In this document: positions 34,080-43,726 of the stretch, in pieces
Layout of the letters: every line of letters starts with the position of its first letter
Position numbering within the stretch: position 1 is the first letter of the stretch
NCBI GenBank assembly: GCA_964555255.1
Contig: CAZKRG010000002.1
Coordinates: forward strand, 6,866-56,675
From: an uncultured Candidatus Saccharibacteria bacterium
GTDB lineage: Bacteria; Patescibacteriota; Minisyncoccia; UBA6257; 2-01-FULL-56-20
Direction of reading: 5' to 3'
Length of the DNA: 49,810 bases
Program-made: the position numbers and the translations under genes
The notes under the pieces: model-generated
The model's database searches: none
What the model was told of the DNA's origin: nothing
What the model saw: the letters and a program-made list of their open reading frames with translations, nothing else

Positions 34080-34250
34080 ATGGCACGGGCCAACTCTTTA
34101 GAGCTGCATTCCCGGAACTTAAGTGACGAAGAAGATGATAGCGAGATTCCTGTGACGTTTGAGGAGGAACTCGAAGAATCCTCTCCTCTTCTCGAGGAGA
34201 CCGAGGGGGAAGGGCAGCGCTATGATGAACGGATGGATTTTGGTGAGTAA
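34080..34250 (+). CDS. possible small acidic protein
   Basis: From ATG 34080 it encodes 56 aa rich in D/E. A terminator follows. Low complexity, so uncertain. Confidence 0.3.
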   Translation: MARANSLELHSRNLSDEEDDSEIPVTFEEELEESSPLLEETEGEGQRYDERMDFGE

Positions 34251-34263
34251 CGCCTAGTGCGCC

Positions 34264-34298
34264 CCCCGCTTATCCAGAGATAGGCGGGGTTTTGTTTT
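34264..34298 (+). terminator. rho-independent terminator
   Basis: An 11-bp stem CCCCGCTTATC-CAGA-GATAGGCGGGG followed by TTTTGTTTT. Confidence 0.75.
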
Positions 34299-34335
34299 AC
34301 CCTCCTAGAGACTACAATATGGTCGAGACCACACT

Positions 34336-36852
34336 ATGGCACATGCGCTTCATCCCCACCCTTCTCCTCACCATTCTCGTCTTACTCCCCGCATTCGGTG
34401 GAAACACTGGCTGCGCTGGATTTTTTTCTTTGGTCTTCTTTTTATTTTCCTTGTACTTGCAGGAGGGATCTTTGGTTATTTTATCCTTCGACGCGATCTT
34501 CCCTCACTCGAACAAATCCTTCACCGCCATGTTGCACAGTCGACAAAGATTTATGATCGGACCGGAACCGTACTCCTTTACGAGATCAGCGATGGTGAAC
34601 GGCGCACCGTAGTATCCCTTCAGAACATTCCTCAATCTCTTCGGGACGCCACCGTGGCAATTGAAGACGAAAATTTCTATCGCGAACCGGCATTTGATTG
34701 GAGAGCTATCATACGATCACTCCTCATCGACCTTCGTTCTAGAAAGATACTGCAGGGAGGGTCTACAATCACCCAACAACTTGCGAAGAACGCTTTTTTG
34801 AGCCCCGAACAAACAGTTACCAGAAAACTCAAAGAGCTTATTCTCGCCACCGATCTTAATAAATATTACAGTAAAGACCAGATATTAGAGCTTTATCTCA
34901 ATGAGATTCCCTACGGACCCACTGCATACGGAGTGGAGGCAGCAAGTGAAACTTTTTTCGGGAAGAATGTTAGTAACCTTACCCTAGGAGAATCTGCGGT
35001 GCTCGCGGCGCTTCCGAAGGCCCCCACATATTACTCCCCATGGGGAAGTCACCAGGCCGAACTCCTCGCGCGAGGTCGACTAATCCTTCAGAAGATGAAG
35101 GAGCTTGGATATGTCTCTGAGGCCGCGTACCAAACCGCACTCAAAGAAAAGATTGCTTTTAGCACTCAAGATCGGACTATCAAAGCTCCTCACTTTGTTA
35201 TGGCAGTACAAGAATACCTTACCCAAAAATATGGGGAAGATCTTGTCCAGCAAGGAGGTCTCCAGGTAATCACTACGCTTGATTGGGATCTTCAACAACT
35301 TGGCGAAAATGTGGTGCGTGCGGGAGCGGATCGGAATGCATCGCTCTATGGAGGAAAGAATGCTTCATTAGTTGCAGAAGATCCGAAAACTGGACAAATT
35401 CTTGTATTAGTGGGGTCTCGCGATTATTTTGATACTGCTAATAACGGTAATTTCAACGTGGCTACCCAAGGGCTTCGACAGCCGGGGTCCTCTCTCAAAC
35501 CTTTTGTATACCTCACCGCGTTTGAGAAGGGATACGTGCCGCAAACAGTGATTTTTGATACTCCTACGGAATTTGCAGTCCAAAATCCCGATTGCCCTCT
35601 TATCCCTGTATATACCACGGAAGATACCTCAAGTACGGCTGCGGGCTGCTTCCACCCTCATGACTTTGATTTTGCCTTCAAAGGACCCATGTCGCTCCGC
35701 CAAGCATTGGCTCTTTCGCGGAATATTCCGGCGGTCAAGCTCCTTTATCTTGCAGGAATGAATGATGTCATCCAAAATCTCACTCGCTTTGGCATCTCTA
35801 CACTCACAGATCCTAATAAATATGGGCTTTCTTTAGTTTTAGGAGGAGGAGCGGTGCGTCTCATTGACGTTGTGGGAGCCTACTCCGCCTTGGCGCAAGA
35901 TGGAGTAAAACATCCCCAAACTTATATTCTCACCATAAAAGACGCTGCTGGAAATACCATCGAATCCTTCCGCGACTCCAGTGAGCAAGTGGCTCCTCCC
36001 CAAATAGTGCGTTTGGTAAACGACGTGCTTACCGATGTGAACGCCCGGCGAGGGCTCTTTGGGGCAAGCCTTTCCTATACCACTCTCTCTGATCGAGACG
36101 TCGCGCTTAAAACTGGAACTTCAAACGACTGGCGCGATGCCTGGACTTTTGGGTATACCCCTTCGCTCGTCGTAGGAGTATGGGCAGGAAACAATAACAA
36201 TGCTCCTATGTATAAAAATGGATCGAGTATCTTTGCGACCGTGCCTATCTGGCATGATTTTTTCGCGGGGGCCCATGCAGCCCGCAATTTCCCTACAGAA
36301 GCATTCCCCAAACCCGACCCCGTAACTCCTGCAAAACCCATCCTTGCGGGGGATTACCTCGCTAATAACGAGATACATTCTATTCTCTATTATGTGGACC
36401 GGAAGGATCCCACGGGGCCGCCTCCTCCCGACCCTACTGCAGACCAACAGTTCGTCAACTGGGAAACGGGAGTACTCACCTGGGCGGCTCAAAACCTTCC
36501 GAGCTTTGCGCAATATAACCGCGCTGTTTTAGGGTTTGGAAGCAGCACCACGCCTTTTGGAGCTCTTACCCGAATCGAGGTGACCAACCCCATCAATGGA
36601 TCTCTCCTTCAGGGCAATTCCCTCTCGCTTGCCGCAAACCTTTGGAGCTCCCAACCCCTTTCTATAGTCCGCATCTTCCTCAATGGACAGCTTCTCGAAA
36701 GTATCCCCGGGCCATTTCCACTTCAAACCACGTATGCGCTTATACGCACCATTCCTCTCCGGGGAGAAACTCAACAGAATCTCCTGGAGATCCAGGCGCT
36801 CTCCGATACCACTGCAGTGGTGGCAAAAGCCCAAGCTATCTTTTATCACTAA
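34336..36852 (+). CDS. class A penicillin-binding protein (transglycosylase/transpeptidase)
   Basis: 838 aa with an N-terminal TM segment, GT51 motifs (IEDENFY, GGSTITQQLAKN, RKLKEL) and transpeptidase motifs (SSLKP, KTGTSND). Confidence 0.9.
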   Translation: MAHALHPHPSPHHSRLTPRIRWKHWLRWIFFFGLLFIFLVLAGGIFGYFILRRDLPSLEQILHRHVAQSTKIYDRTGTVLLYEISDGERRTVVSLQNIPQSLRDATVAIEDENFYREPAFDWRAIIRSLLIDLRSRKILQGGSTITQQLAKNAFLSPEQTVTRKLKELILATDLNKYYSKDQILELYLNEIPYGPTAYGVEAASETFFGKNVSNLTLGESAVLAALPKAPTYYSPWGSHQAELLARGRLILQKMKELGYVSEAAYQTALKEKIAFSTQDRTIKAPHFVMAVQEYLTQKYGEDLVQQGGLQVITTLDWDLQQLGENVVRAGADRNASLYGGKNASLVAEDPKTGQILVLVGSRDYFDTANNGNFNVATQGLRQPGSSLKPFVYLTAFEKGYVPQTVIFDTPTEFAVQNPDCPLIPVYTTEDTSSTAAGCFHPHDFDFAFKGPMSLRQALALSRNIPAVKLLYLAGMNDVIQNLTRFGISTLTDPNKYGLSLVLGGGAVRLIDVVGAYSALAQDGVKHPQTYILTIKDAAGNTIESFRDSSEQVAPPQIVRLVNDVLTDVNARRGLFGASLSYTTLSDRDVALKTGTSNDWRDAWTFGYTPSLVVGVWAGNNNNAPMYKNGSSIFATVPIWHDFFAGAHAARNFPTEAFPKPDPVTPAKPILAGDYLANNEIHSILYYVDRKDPTGPPPPDPTADQQFVNWETGVLTWAAQNLPSFAQYNRAVLGFGSSTTPFGALTRIEVTNPINGSLLQGNSLSLAANLWSSQPLSIVRIFLNGQLLESIPGPFPLQTTYALIRTIPLRGETQQNLLEIQALSDTTAVVAKAQAIFYH

Positions 36853-36862
36853 GCATGCCCGT

Positions 36863-37975
36863 TCATGTTTTGAGAATTGGTTTTATAATATACCGGAATG
36901 AGGCATCTCTTAAGGAGCGGAAGAGGGCGGGGGTATGCTCGTCATTTAATCCTAGCGTTACCTCCTCCCCTCGTAGCACTCGCAGCACATCGTATACATA
37001 TCGGCCGTTGAAAAGCACCTCTCCTCCTTCTCCCTGTCCCTTCGCGGGGAGCATATATATGTTTTCTCCTACGCCCTGCGCGGAGGAGCTTATTTCCACC
37101 GATTTCCCCTCTTTCGGAAATGAAAGTTTTATCTCACTTGTCCGATCATGAAATACGCTCGCTAATTTTAGAGCTTCCATACATTCCTCTCGCCGCACTG
37201 TGAGTTCACTTTGAAACGAGGTGGGGATGATTGCTGCATATTCCGGAAACTTCCCATCCACGAGGCGAGAAATGCACTCTACACTTCCTCCTGTTACTAG
37301 AATTTGATTTTCATCCATTTGGATCCTCACGGTTTCGCCTTCTTTGAGGAGCCGGAGGAGCTCCTGGCTGGTTTTAAGTGGGATGAGCGCTTGGAAACCT
37401 TCGGGGATGTTTTTAGAAACAAACCGAGAAGGGAGGACTTGCTGCTCGGCGAGGCGAAAGCTATCAGTAGCAGCGAATAGGAGGAGGTGGGGGGCAACGT
37501 GAAGAAGCACACTATTTAATTCCGGTCGAAGATCGGAAAATTCCGTGGCAATGAGTACATTCCCTAGAGCTTCTTTCAACACTTCCGCTTTACATTCAAT
37601 ATAAGCATCTTTGTTTTTTATCTTGGGAATAATCGGAAAGTCTTCTGGGGGAAGACCTTGAAATGTAGCTCGGTAATTATCAGAGGTAAGTACTATTCCC
37701 TGCCCTTTTTTTTCCAAGTTCACCCTTTCGCTTCGCAGCACACTCAACACTTCTCCAAAGGCGCGCGCAGGAATAGTTACTTTCCCATTCTCTACCACTT
37801 TTCCTGATACTCCATATTGGATTGCTATTTCTAAATTCGTACCAATCAGTGTGAGTTTATTATTATTTGCCTCAATTAAAATGTTTTTAAGAATAGGCAA
37901 ATTTTCTCCTCCTGCAGCACGACTTACGGCTGCCACTCCTTCCATAAGAGACTCTCTTAATGTTACTACTCTCAT
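36863..37975 (-). CDS. dnaN: DNA polymerase III beta sliding clamp
   Basis: 370 aa immediately downstream of dnaA, with typical N-terminal sequence (LPILKNILIEANNNKLTLIGTNLEIAI). Confidence 0.9.
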   Translation of the reverse strand: MRVVTLRESLMEGVAAVSRAAGGENLPILKNILIEANNNKLTLIGTNLEIAIQYGVSGKVVENGKVTIPARAFGEVLSVLRSERVNLEKKGQGIVLTSDNYRATFQGLPPEDFPIIPKIKNKDAYIECKAEVLKEALGNVLIATEFSDLRPELNSVLLHVAPHLLLFAATDSFRLAEQQVLPSRFVSKNIPEGFQALIPLKTSQELLRLLKEGETVRIQMDENQILVTGGSVECISRLVDGKFPEYAAIIPTSFQSELTVRREECMEALKLASVFHDRTSEIKLSFPKEGKSVEISSSAQGVGENIYMLPAKGQGEGGEVLFNGRYVYDVLRVLRGEEVTLGLNDEHTPALFRSLRDASFRYIIKPILKT

Positions 37976-38107
37976 AATAATAAATAATACATATTAATAT
38001 ACTAATTACTGTTATTGTTACTGATGGGAAAGTGATTATGGGGATATATTGGATTACGACTTATTAATGAATGGTTTTTATGAAATTTATGTGGGGATAT
38101 TTTCTGA
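37976..38107. other. candidate oriC segment (AT-rich dnaA-dnaN spacer)
   Basis: A strongly AT-rich 132-nt spacer carrying two copies of TGGGGATAT (38039-38047 and 38092-38100). The complement ATATCCCCA matches the TTATCCACA DnaA box at 7 of 9 positions. Confidence 0.35.
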
Positions 38108-39466
38108 TCAGCTCTTGTATATCATGTCGCGTATCATGAGGATTTTTTGGTTCAGTAGGGCGAACTTATTCACATCTCGGTTGATTTTTTCGTACGCATG
38201 GATAGCAGTGGTATGATCTCTCCCCAACTTTTCCCCAATAGAGGGATAGGATAACTCCAACATATCCCGAAGGAGATACATCGCAATCTGACGAGGTTCT
38301 ACCACTTCCTTTCGCCGATTATGGCTTAGGAGATCGTCCACGGTGATGCTAAAAAACTCGGCGATGGATTTAAGGATCTGAGCGTCGGTTACGCGCCTTG
38401 AGAGATTTTGTGCGGACTTTTCGATGATTTCCTCCGCGGCCTCCTCATTAATCAAAGTTTGTTTCCGCTCTTGATAGAAGAGGATTTTATTTAGTATTCC
38501 TTCTAATTCACGGATGTTTTTCTTCACCCGCTTGGCTACTATATCTACCACCCCATCAGGGAGCACTTTCCCCATTTCTTGGAGTTTGCTTTTAATAATT
38601 GCTACGCGCATTTCATACTCTGGATAACTAATATCTGCAATAAGACCTCCTTCGAAACGAGATCGAAGGCGTTCTTCTAGGGTTGGAATGGATTGAGGTG
38701 GACGGTCAGATGAGATGATTATTTGTTTATTATGCTCGTAAAGTGCATTAAAGGTGTGAAAAAACTCTTCTTCGGTTTTCTCTTTCCCTCCAATAAACTG
38801 GATGTCGTCGATAATGAGAAGATCTACGTCCCTATATTTCTTTTTGATATCCTCCATGCGCTTGTTGCGAATGGCCCATACTACATCACTTGTAAATTTC
38901 TCAGAGGGTACGTATTTTGGTCGAATCCGGTTTTGATATTTCTTTTTCACCTCATTTCCAATTGCTTGGATAAGATGTGTTTTCCCAAGGCCTACCCCGC
39001 CGTACACGAAAAATGGGTTATATTTAGTGCTCACATCATTCACAATCGCAGAGGCAGCAGCGAACGAGAGCTCGTTTGAGGGACCTACTACGAACGACGA
39101 GAGGGTGTAGCGGGGGTTGAGGTTGGTTTCAGGGTCTATTTTAAGTTCCAGTTCCATAGAAGGATCCATTTCTATTGGATTCCGTGGAGGCGCAACTGCT
39201 TTCTCTATCAAATTTGTATGTTGGGGAGCCACCACGAACTCTAACTTCCTCGCAGAATTATCGAAATTCCTGATAATTCCAAGAATATTCTTTTGATACT
39301 TGTTCGCTACCCATTCCTTGGCGAAATTATTAGGAAGAGCGATGTAGAGTGTACCTTCTTGTTTATCTACAAGGCGGCTTTGTTTGAGCCAGGTAGAAAA
39401 ATTTGCTCGAGAAAGTTGCACTTCCATTTCAGCAAGCGTTGACTGCCACAGTTCTTCTAAGTTCAT
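38108..39466 (-). CDS. dnaA: chromosomal replication initiator DnaA
   Basis: 452 aa with Walker A GGVGLGKTHL, LLIIDDIQF and a C-terminal DNA-binding domain (DHTTAIHAYEKI). Confidence 0.95.
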   Translation of the reverse strand: MNLEELWQSTLAEMEVQLSRANFSTWLKQSRLVDKQEGTLYIALPNNFAKEWVANKYQKNILGIIRNFDNSARKLEFVVAPQHTNLIEKAVAPPRNPIEMDPSMELELKIDPETNLNPRYTLSSFVVGPSNELSFAAASAIVNDVSTKYNPFFVYGGVGLGKTHLIQAIGNEVKKKYQNRIRPKYVPSEKFTSDVVWAIRNKRMEDIKKKYRDVDLLIIDDIQFIGGKEKTEEEFFHTFNALYEHNKQIIISSDRPPQSIPTLEERLRSRFEGGLIADISYPEYEMRVAIIKSKLQEMGKVLPDGVVDIVAKRVKKNIRELEGILNKILFYQERKQTLINEEAAEEIIEKSAQNLSRRVTDAQILKSIAEFFSITVDDLLSHNRRKEVVEPRQIAMYLLRDMLELSYPSIGEKLGRDHTTAIHAYEKINRDVNKFALLNQKILMIRDMIYKS

Positions 39467-39639
39467 CCTGTTTTAGAGAAAATTATAGTGGCGACTTACC
39501 CTCCGCCTCTTTCTAATGAGTTCATTGTAGAAGGAATCGGGAAGCCGTCAAAGAGCACGAAAATCGCGCGTCTGTGGATTTACTGTGTATAGCGCTACTT
39601 TTTTTGCAAAATAATCATCTTTATGGTAGAGTGAAGCCC

Positions 39640-39774
39640 ATGTCGCAGACTTATCAACCAAAAAAAAAGAAACGAGCTCGTACACACGGTTTTCTTTCAA
39701 GGCAGCGCCGCCCGGGAGGAAGGGCGGTGTTGCGTCGGCGGCGGGTGAAACAGCGCTATTCTCTTACGGTTTAG
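39640..39774 (+). CDS. rpmH: 50S ribosomal protein L34
   Basis: From ATG 39640 the protein reads [44 protein letters not shown] (44 aa). The longer ORF call adds a non-homologous leader. Confidence 0.9.
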   Translation: MSQTYQPKKKKRARTHGFLSRQRRPGGRAVLRRRRVKQRYSLTV

Positions 39775-39784
39775 GTCTTCTTCC

Positions 39785-40123
39785 ATGCTTTCTCGGAGAA
39801 ACAGAGCCCCCGTTTCCCTCCTCCTTCGAGGACGACTTCCTATTTTTTATTCTTCTCCTTTCTTTAAGCTTCTTGTGGGGCAGAATAGTTTAGGACATAA
39901 TCGATTCGGAGTGGTGGTGTCTGTGGCGGTAGACCTCCGGGCTACAGAGCGGCATCGGCTTAAGCGGGTTTTGATCGAGGCGGTCCGGGAATGGCCGGCA
40001 TTTTCTTCGGATTTTGTTTTTATCGTGGGTAAGCGCGCGCGCGGAGTTTCTCGAGAACTCCTGCGATTAGAGGTGGATCGAGCACTTGCGGCCGCAACAA
40101 AATTATCAATTATTAATCGCTAG
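39785..40123 (+). CDS. rnpA: RNase P protein component
   Basis: 112 aa following rpmH, with the RNR-like motif ERHRLKRVLIEAVRE. Confidence 0.85.
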   Translation: MLSRRNRAPVSLLLRGRLPIFYSSPFFKLLVGQNSLGHNRFGVVVSVAVDLRATERHRLKRVLIEAVREWPAFSSDFVFIVGKRARGVSRELLRLEVDRALAAATKLSIINR

Positions 40124-40134
40124 CCACTGAGCTT

Positions 40135-40872
40135 ATGGCGTACCTCTATACTACATTTCTTTATCAGCCCCTTCTCAATGCGCTTGTGTTCCTTTATGCC
40201 ACCGCAGCGTTCCGTGACTTGGGGGTGGCAATTATCCTCCTTACAGTGTTTATCCGTCTCATCCTTTTCCCGCTTTTCCAAAAAGGGGTTCGTCATCAGG
40301 CGGTCATGCAGCGATTACAGCCGGAGATTAAGAAAATTCAGACCCAGCATGCGAACGATCGGGAGCGTCAAGCAAAAGAGATGATGGGACTCTATAAAGC
40401 CCATCGCCTTAACCCTTTTTCGGGCATCTTTATTCTTCTTGTTCAATTGCCTGTGCTGATTGCACTCTACCAAGTGTTCTCGGCCGCTTCGAATCCGCAG
40501 GCACTTGCCAATGGGATTTATCCTTTTGTGCAAATTCCCTCCGTGCTCAATACTACTTTTCTTGGCTTGATTAATTTAAAATCCCAGAGTATCTTCATGG
40601 TGGGTTTGGCGGCGTTGGCTCAGTATTTTCAAGGCCGCGCGGCCCTTCCTCCTCGGGTGCCAGGGGTTTCCTTGAGTGAGGCGGAGCGTGTAGGAAGAAA
40701 TATGGTATTTCTTGCGCCGGTACTTACCCTCTTTATTTTCTGGAGATTTCCTGCAGCTATCAGTCTTTATTGGGTGGTTACTTCCTTTTTTTCTCTTGGT
40801 CAGCAGCTCATCATTAACCGAGAGTTGCGCCGGGAGCGCGACCTTTTGGAGGCGGCAAATGCCGCGAAATAA
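40135..40872 (+). CDS. yidC: membrane protein insertase YidC (short form)
   Basis: 245 aa with LPLFQKGVRHQAVMQRLQPEIKKIQ...MMGLYKAHRLNPFSG...LVQLPVLIALY; conserved rnpA-yidC-jag order. Confidence 0.9.
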   Translation: MAYLYTTFLYQPLLNALVFLYATAAFRDLGVAIILLTVFIRLILFPLFQKGVRHQAVMQRLQPEIKKIQTQHANDRERQAKEMMGLYKAHRLNPFSGIFILLVQLPVLIALYQVFSAASNPQALANGIYPFVQIPSVLNTTFLGLINLKSQSIFMVGLAALAQYFQGRAALPPRVPGVSLSEAERVGRNMVFLAPVLTLFIFWRFPAAISLYWVVTSFFSLGQQLIINRELRRERDLLEAANAAK

Positions 40873-40874
40873 AA

Positions 40875-41321
40875 ATGATTCCTATGGAATTTCAAACCTT
40901 TGTGCAGCAACTTTTAGAACATATGGGATTCCGCGATTTTCGGGTGGAAGTGAAAGAAAGTACGCGTGGCGAAATTTTTATTTATGAGAATCAGGCATTG
41001 GTGAAAGAGTACTTGCCTGTGCTGGTCGCGAGTATTAACCATCTTATCCAGCTTATTGCTCGCAAGCATGCAGTAGACGCGGTGGTTTTCGATGTGAATA
41101 ACTATCGGCAGGAGCGCGAAAACCTTATCGCAGAACTTGCGAAAGCAGCTGCAAAAAAAGTACATGTAACCAAGTCTGCGGTGTCGCTTCCCGCGATGAA
41201 TTCCTACGAGCGGCGCATTGTACATACCGCGCTCGCGGTGCATCCGGAGGTAATCACCGAGAGCATAGGCGAAGGAAAGGAGCGGTGCGTGGTAGTGAAG
41301 CCGATTGAAAACGGGAAGTAG
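40875..41321 (+). CDS. jag: Jag-like KH/R3H RNA-binding protein
   Basis: 148 aa with the R3H motif MNSYERRIVHTAL; lies downstream of yidC. Confidence 0.85.
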   Translation: MIPMEFQTFVQQLLEHMGFRDFRVEVKESTRGEIFIYENQALVKEYLPVLVASINHLIQLIARKHAVDAVVFDVNNYRQERENLIAELAKAAAKKVHVTKSAVSLPAMNSYERRIVHTALAVHPEVITESIGEGKERCVVVKPIENGK

Positions 41322-41394
41322 AATGCGAGATTTTCTTGCTGAAATTTTTTCTTATTTCCACCGTTGTGGTTCGCACCGTTCATCTTCTCTTTTC

Positions 41395-42591
41395 CTACTT
41401 TGGTATTTGAAGTGAATACAATTTTTGATCTTGGCGGTTGATGAAAAAGAGAGCGGAGTTATATATGCGGATGCTGGTGCCGTCGATCAGAGTATTGGTG
41501 TCTACCCTTATGGGTTGGATCCCTCCCGTCGAGAGATTTATTTCATAGAAGCTATCATCCGTGAGTATTGCTCCTTTGTAGTAATCATCGGGCAGAGTTG
41601 CGAGTTCGAGCGCAGTAGTGTCTTTGGGTACTGCACACACAAGGAATCTCGAAGTGCTACTCGTAGATTGTGCACTTCCAAAGCCGCATTTTTCGGGGAG
41701 TGTGAGGAATGAAAAGTTTTGTTGCACTTGTCCTTGCGGCGAAAGAAGATTCAAGGTACCTCCCTTACTATTTCGACCCGCTATGAAGGCGAGGCCTTCG
41801 GAGGCTGTCCCTTTTCCCCATGCGAGCACGAGCCCGTTCTGATCTTCGGCAAAGGGAGCGAGGAGTTTTGATTTGAGGTCCACTTCCCAAGCATTGTTGG
41901 GAAGGAGGCCGCTGGGGGTGTCCCGAAGAATGAGTGTATTGGCTGAGGGCCAGGCGAGCGCGAGGTCGATGAGGCGCACCTGGAGAACAGTTTGCGGTTT
42001 TGGTTTGGCAACGCCCATATCCAAGATGCCTACTGTGGTTTCTCCTCTTTTCTCAATAAGGTATGCCAGTCGGTTATCTGTGGGCGACCATGCGGCATCG
42101 TTTATGTTTAGGGGAAATGCGTTCCAGGTGCGCGAGCGGACGTCGAACACTCCTGCTTGAAGGCCTGCCGTGTCGCCGAAGATGGCGAGAAGTTTGGAAC
42201 CATCGGGGGCGAAGATAATTTTTTGGAGATTTTGAATTGGAGTGGGGCTTACGGTGTTCGATGCGAAGCCTCGGATTTCGGTGATCTTGCCGTCCAGTTC
42301 TATAGCAAGCACTGCGCCGTCGGGCTCGAGGGTGAAATCGCGTACCGGGTTGGGGTATACCACTTTGAGTGACGACGGAGCAGTGGGCGGAGGAGCGATG
42401 CTCCTTGAGGGGGTGGAGGAGGGAGCAGTAGAAGTGGTGTTTTTAAGCGAGGTGAGGGGCAAGTTTGCGGGAGGTTCTTCTTCTGAAGTGGGGGGGGGCG
42501 GGGGAAGGTTTTTATAACGGAAGAAAAAGAACGCAGCGACGATGATGCCTATCGCGAGGAGAAAGATAAGAAGATAGAAGAAGCGGCGCAT
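41395..42591 (-). CDS. membrane-anchored Pro/Ser/Thr-rich linker plus PD40/TolB-like beta-propeller protein
   Basis: Starts at ATG 42591 (MRRFFYLLIFLLAIGIIVAAFFFF), 4 nt after the upstream stop. Repeats such as PDGAVLAI, PDGSKLLAI and SPTDNRLAYL suggest a propeller. A C9 tract encodes part of the PPPPP run. Confidence 0.6.
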   Translation of the reverse strand: MRRFFYLLIFLLAIGIIVAAFFFFRYKNLPPPPPTSEEEPPANLPLTSLKNTTSTAPSSTPSRSIAPPPTAPSSLKVVYPNPVRDFTLEPDGAVLAIELDGKITEIRGFASNTVSPTPIQNLQKIIFAPDGSKLLAIFGDTAGLQAGVFDVRSRTWNAFPLNINDAAWSPTDNRLAYLIEKRGETTVGILDMGVAKPKPQTVLQVRLIDLALAWPSANTLILRDTPSGLLPNNAWEVDLKSKLLAPFAEDQNGLVLAWGKGTASEGLAFIAGRNSKGGTLNLLSPQGQVQQNFSFLTLPEKCGFGSAQSTSSTSRFLVCAVPKDTTALELATLPDDYYKGAILTDDSFYEINLSTGGIQPIRVDTNTLIDGTSIRIYNSALFFINRQDQKLYSLQIPK

Positions 42592-42595
42592 ATTA

Positions 42596-43726
42596 TTAGC
42601 AGCGTAGGCCCAGTCGCTGGCAGCTACCTTGTATGTCATCCACGGCTTTTTTTCGTGCTTGTTCAATTTGTCCCTGCGCGAAGGGAGAAAGATTGGTATC
42701 TGTGGTGCGTATTTGAGCGGTTTTATTGATATTACTAATAGTACTTTTCACTTGGTCTTCCACGGCTACTTGAAAAGCTCCCTGAACGCTTAGGTCTGGG
42801 TTATTCTTTCGTATGGAGTTTATTATTGTTTTAGCGTCGTCTGGGAGGTCTTTCATAGAAATATCTGGACTATCCCATTGCACAGAGGTCATAACTGATT
42901 GGACGGCTTGAGCTTCGGCATTAAACTGGTCTGCGGAAAGATTTTGTATTGCCTGCTCGTTTGAATAGCCTGCATAGCCGCTCGATTCTTCGTCTGCCAC
43001 GCTTAAGCCTGAGGCTAATCTACTAATTTCAGAATTGTAGTTGCTGTTAATCGTGTTTATATTTCTATTCGTTTCTGCCAAGTTTCCTTGTTGGGCGGCA
43101 TATAATGTATTTCCAAGGGAGATTTTCGATGTCGCGCTTAGGCGTAGGACTTCTGATTGGGCGAAGGCATCACTCGATTGTTGCATGAGACTGTCTCGTT
43201 CAGGACCGGGAGTTTTATTTATTGCTTGCTGGTAAAAATCTTGGGATTCTGCGTATTTTTTATCTGCCGCGGAGGCATCGTTTTGCGCGTTTTTTTCCCA
43301 AGTGGCGTTGGGGTTATAGAGCGTTGCATCAAACGACAGATTTGTTTTAAGAGCGCTCGTGTCGATGTCTTTTAACGTAAAGGATTCGTTGGGATTTTTG
43401 GAAAGAATTTGAGGGTTGATGAGGTTAAGAAGTATTCCTGCCCCTAGGAGGAGTACTAATCCCAAGAGTGCCTGGGTGATGTGGTCTTTCCCAATGCTTT
43501 GCTTTTCGGGATTTCCCGCGGAGAGGATATACGTCAATCCTCCGTAGGTAATGGCTCCGAATGCGAGGAGGCCTGCGGTAAGCAAGGCGAATTGATATAA
43601 ATTTCCTACTACTCCTATAAGGTTGGTGGGGGGGTTTGTGCCGGGGATGTTTGTGTTGATGGTTGCCGCCAAGGCAGGGGCTGCGAGAAGTCCAGATATC
43701 GCAACTATGTATGCAGGAATTTTCAT
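42596..43726 (-). CDS. VirB2/TrbC-pilin-like N-terminal module fused to a long Q/N/S/A-rich domain
   Basis: Signal peptide MKIPAYIVAISGLLAAPALA. Two hydrophobic helices are separated by a short charged loop (LYQFALLTAGLLAFGAITYGGLTYIL-SAGNPEKQSIGKDH-ITQALLGLVLLLGAGILLNLI). About 270 aa of low-complexity polar sequence follow. Confidence 0.5.
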   Translation of the reverse strand: MKIPAYIVAISGLLAAPALAATINTNIPGTNPPTNLIGVVGNLYQFALLTAGLLAFGAITYGGLTYILSAGNPEKQSIGKDHITQALLGLVLLLGAGILLNLINPQILSKNPNESFTLKDIDTSALKTNLSFDATLYNPNATWEKNAQNDASAADKKYAESQDFYQQAINKTPGPERDSLMQQSSDAFAQSEVLRLSATSKISLGNTLYAAQQGNLAETNRNINTINSNYNSEISRLASGLSVADEESSGYAGYSNEQAIQNLSADQFNAEAQAVQSVMTSVQWDSPDISMKDLPDDAKTIINSIRKNNPDLSVQGAFQVAVEDQVKSTISNINKTAQIRTTDTNLSPFAQGQIEQARKKAVDDIQGSCQRLGLRC

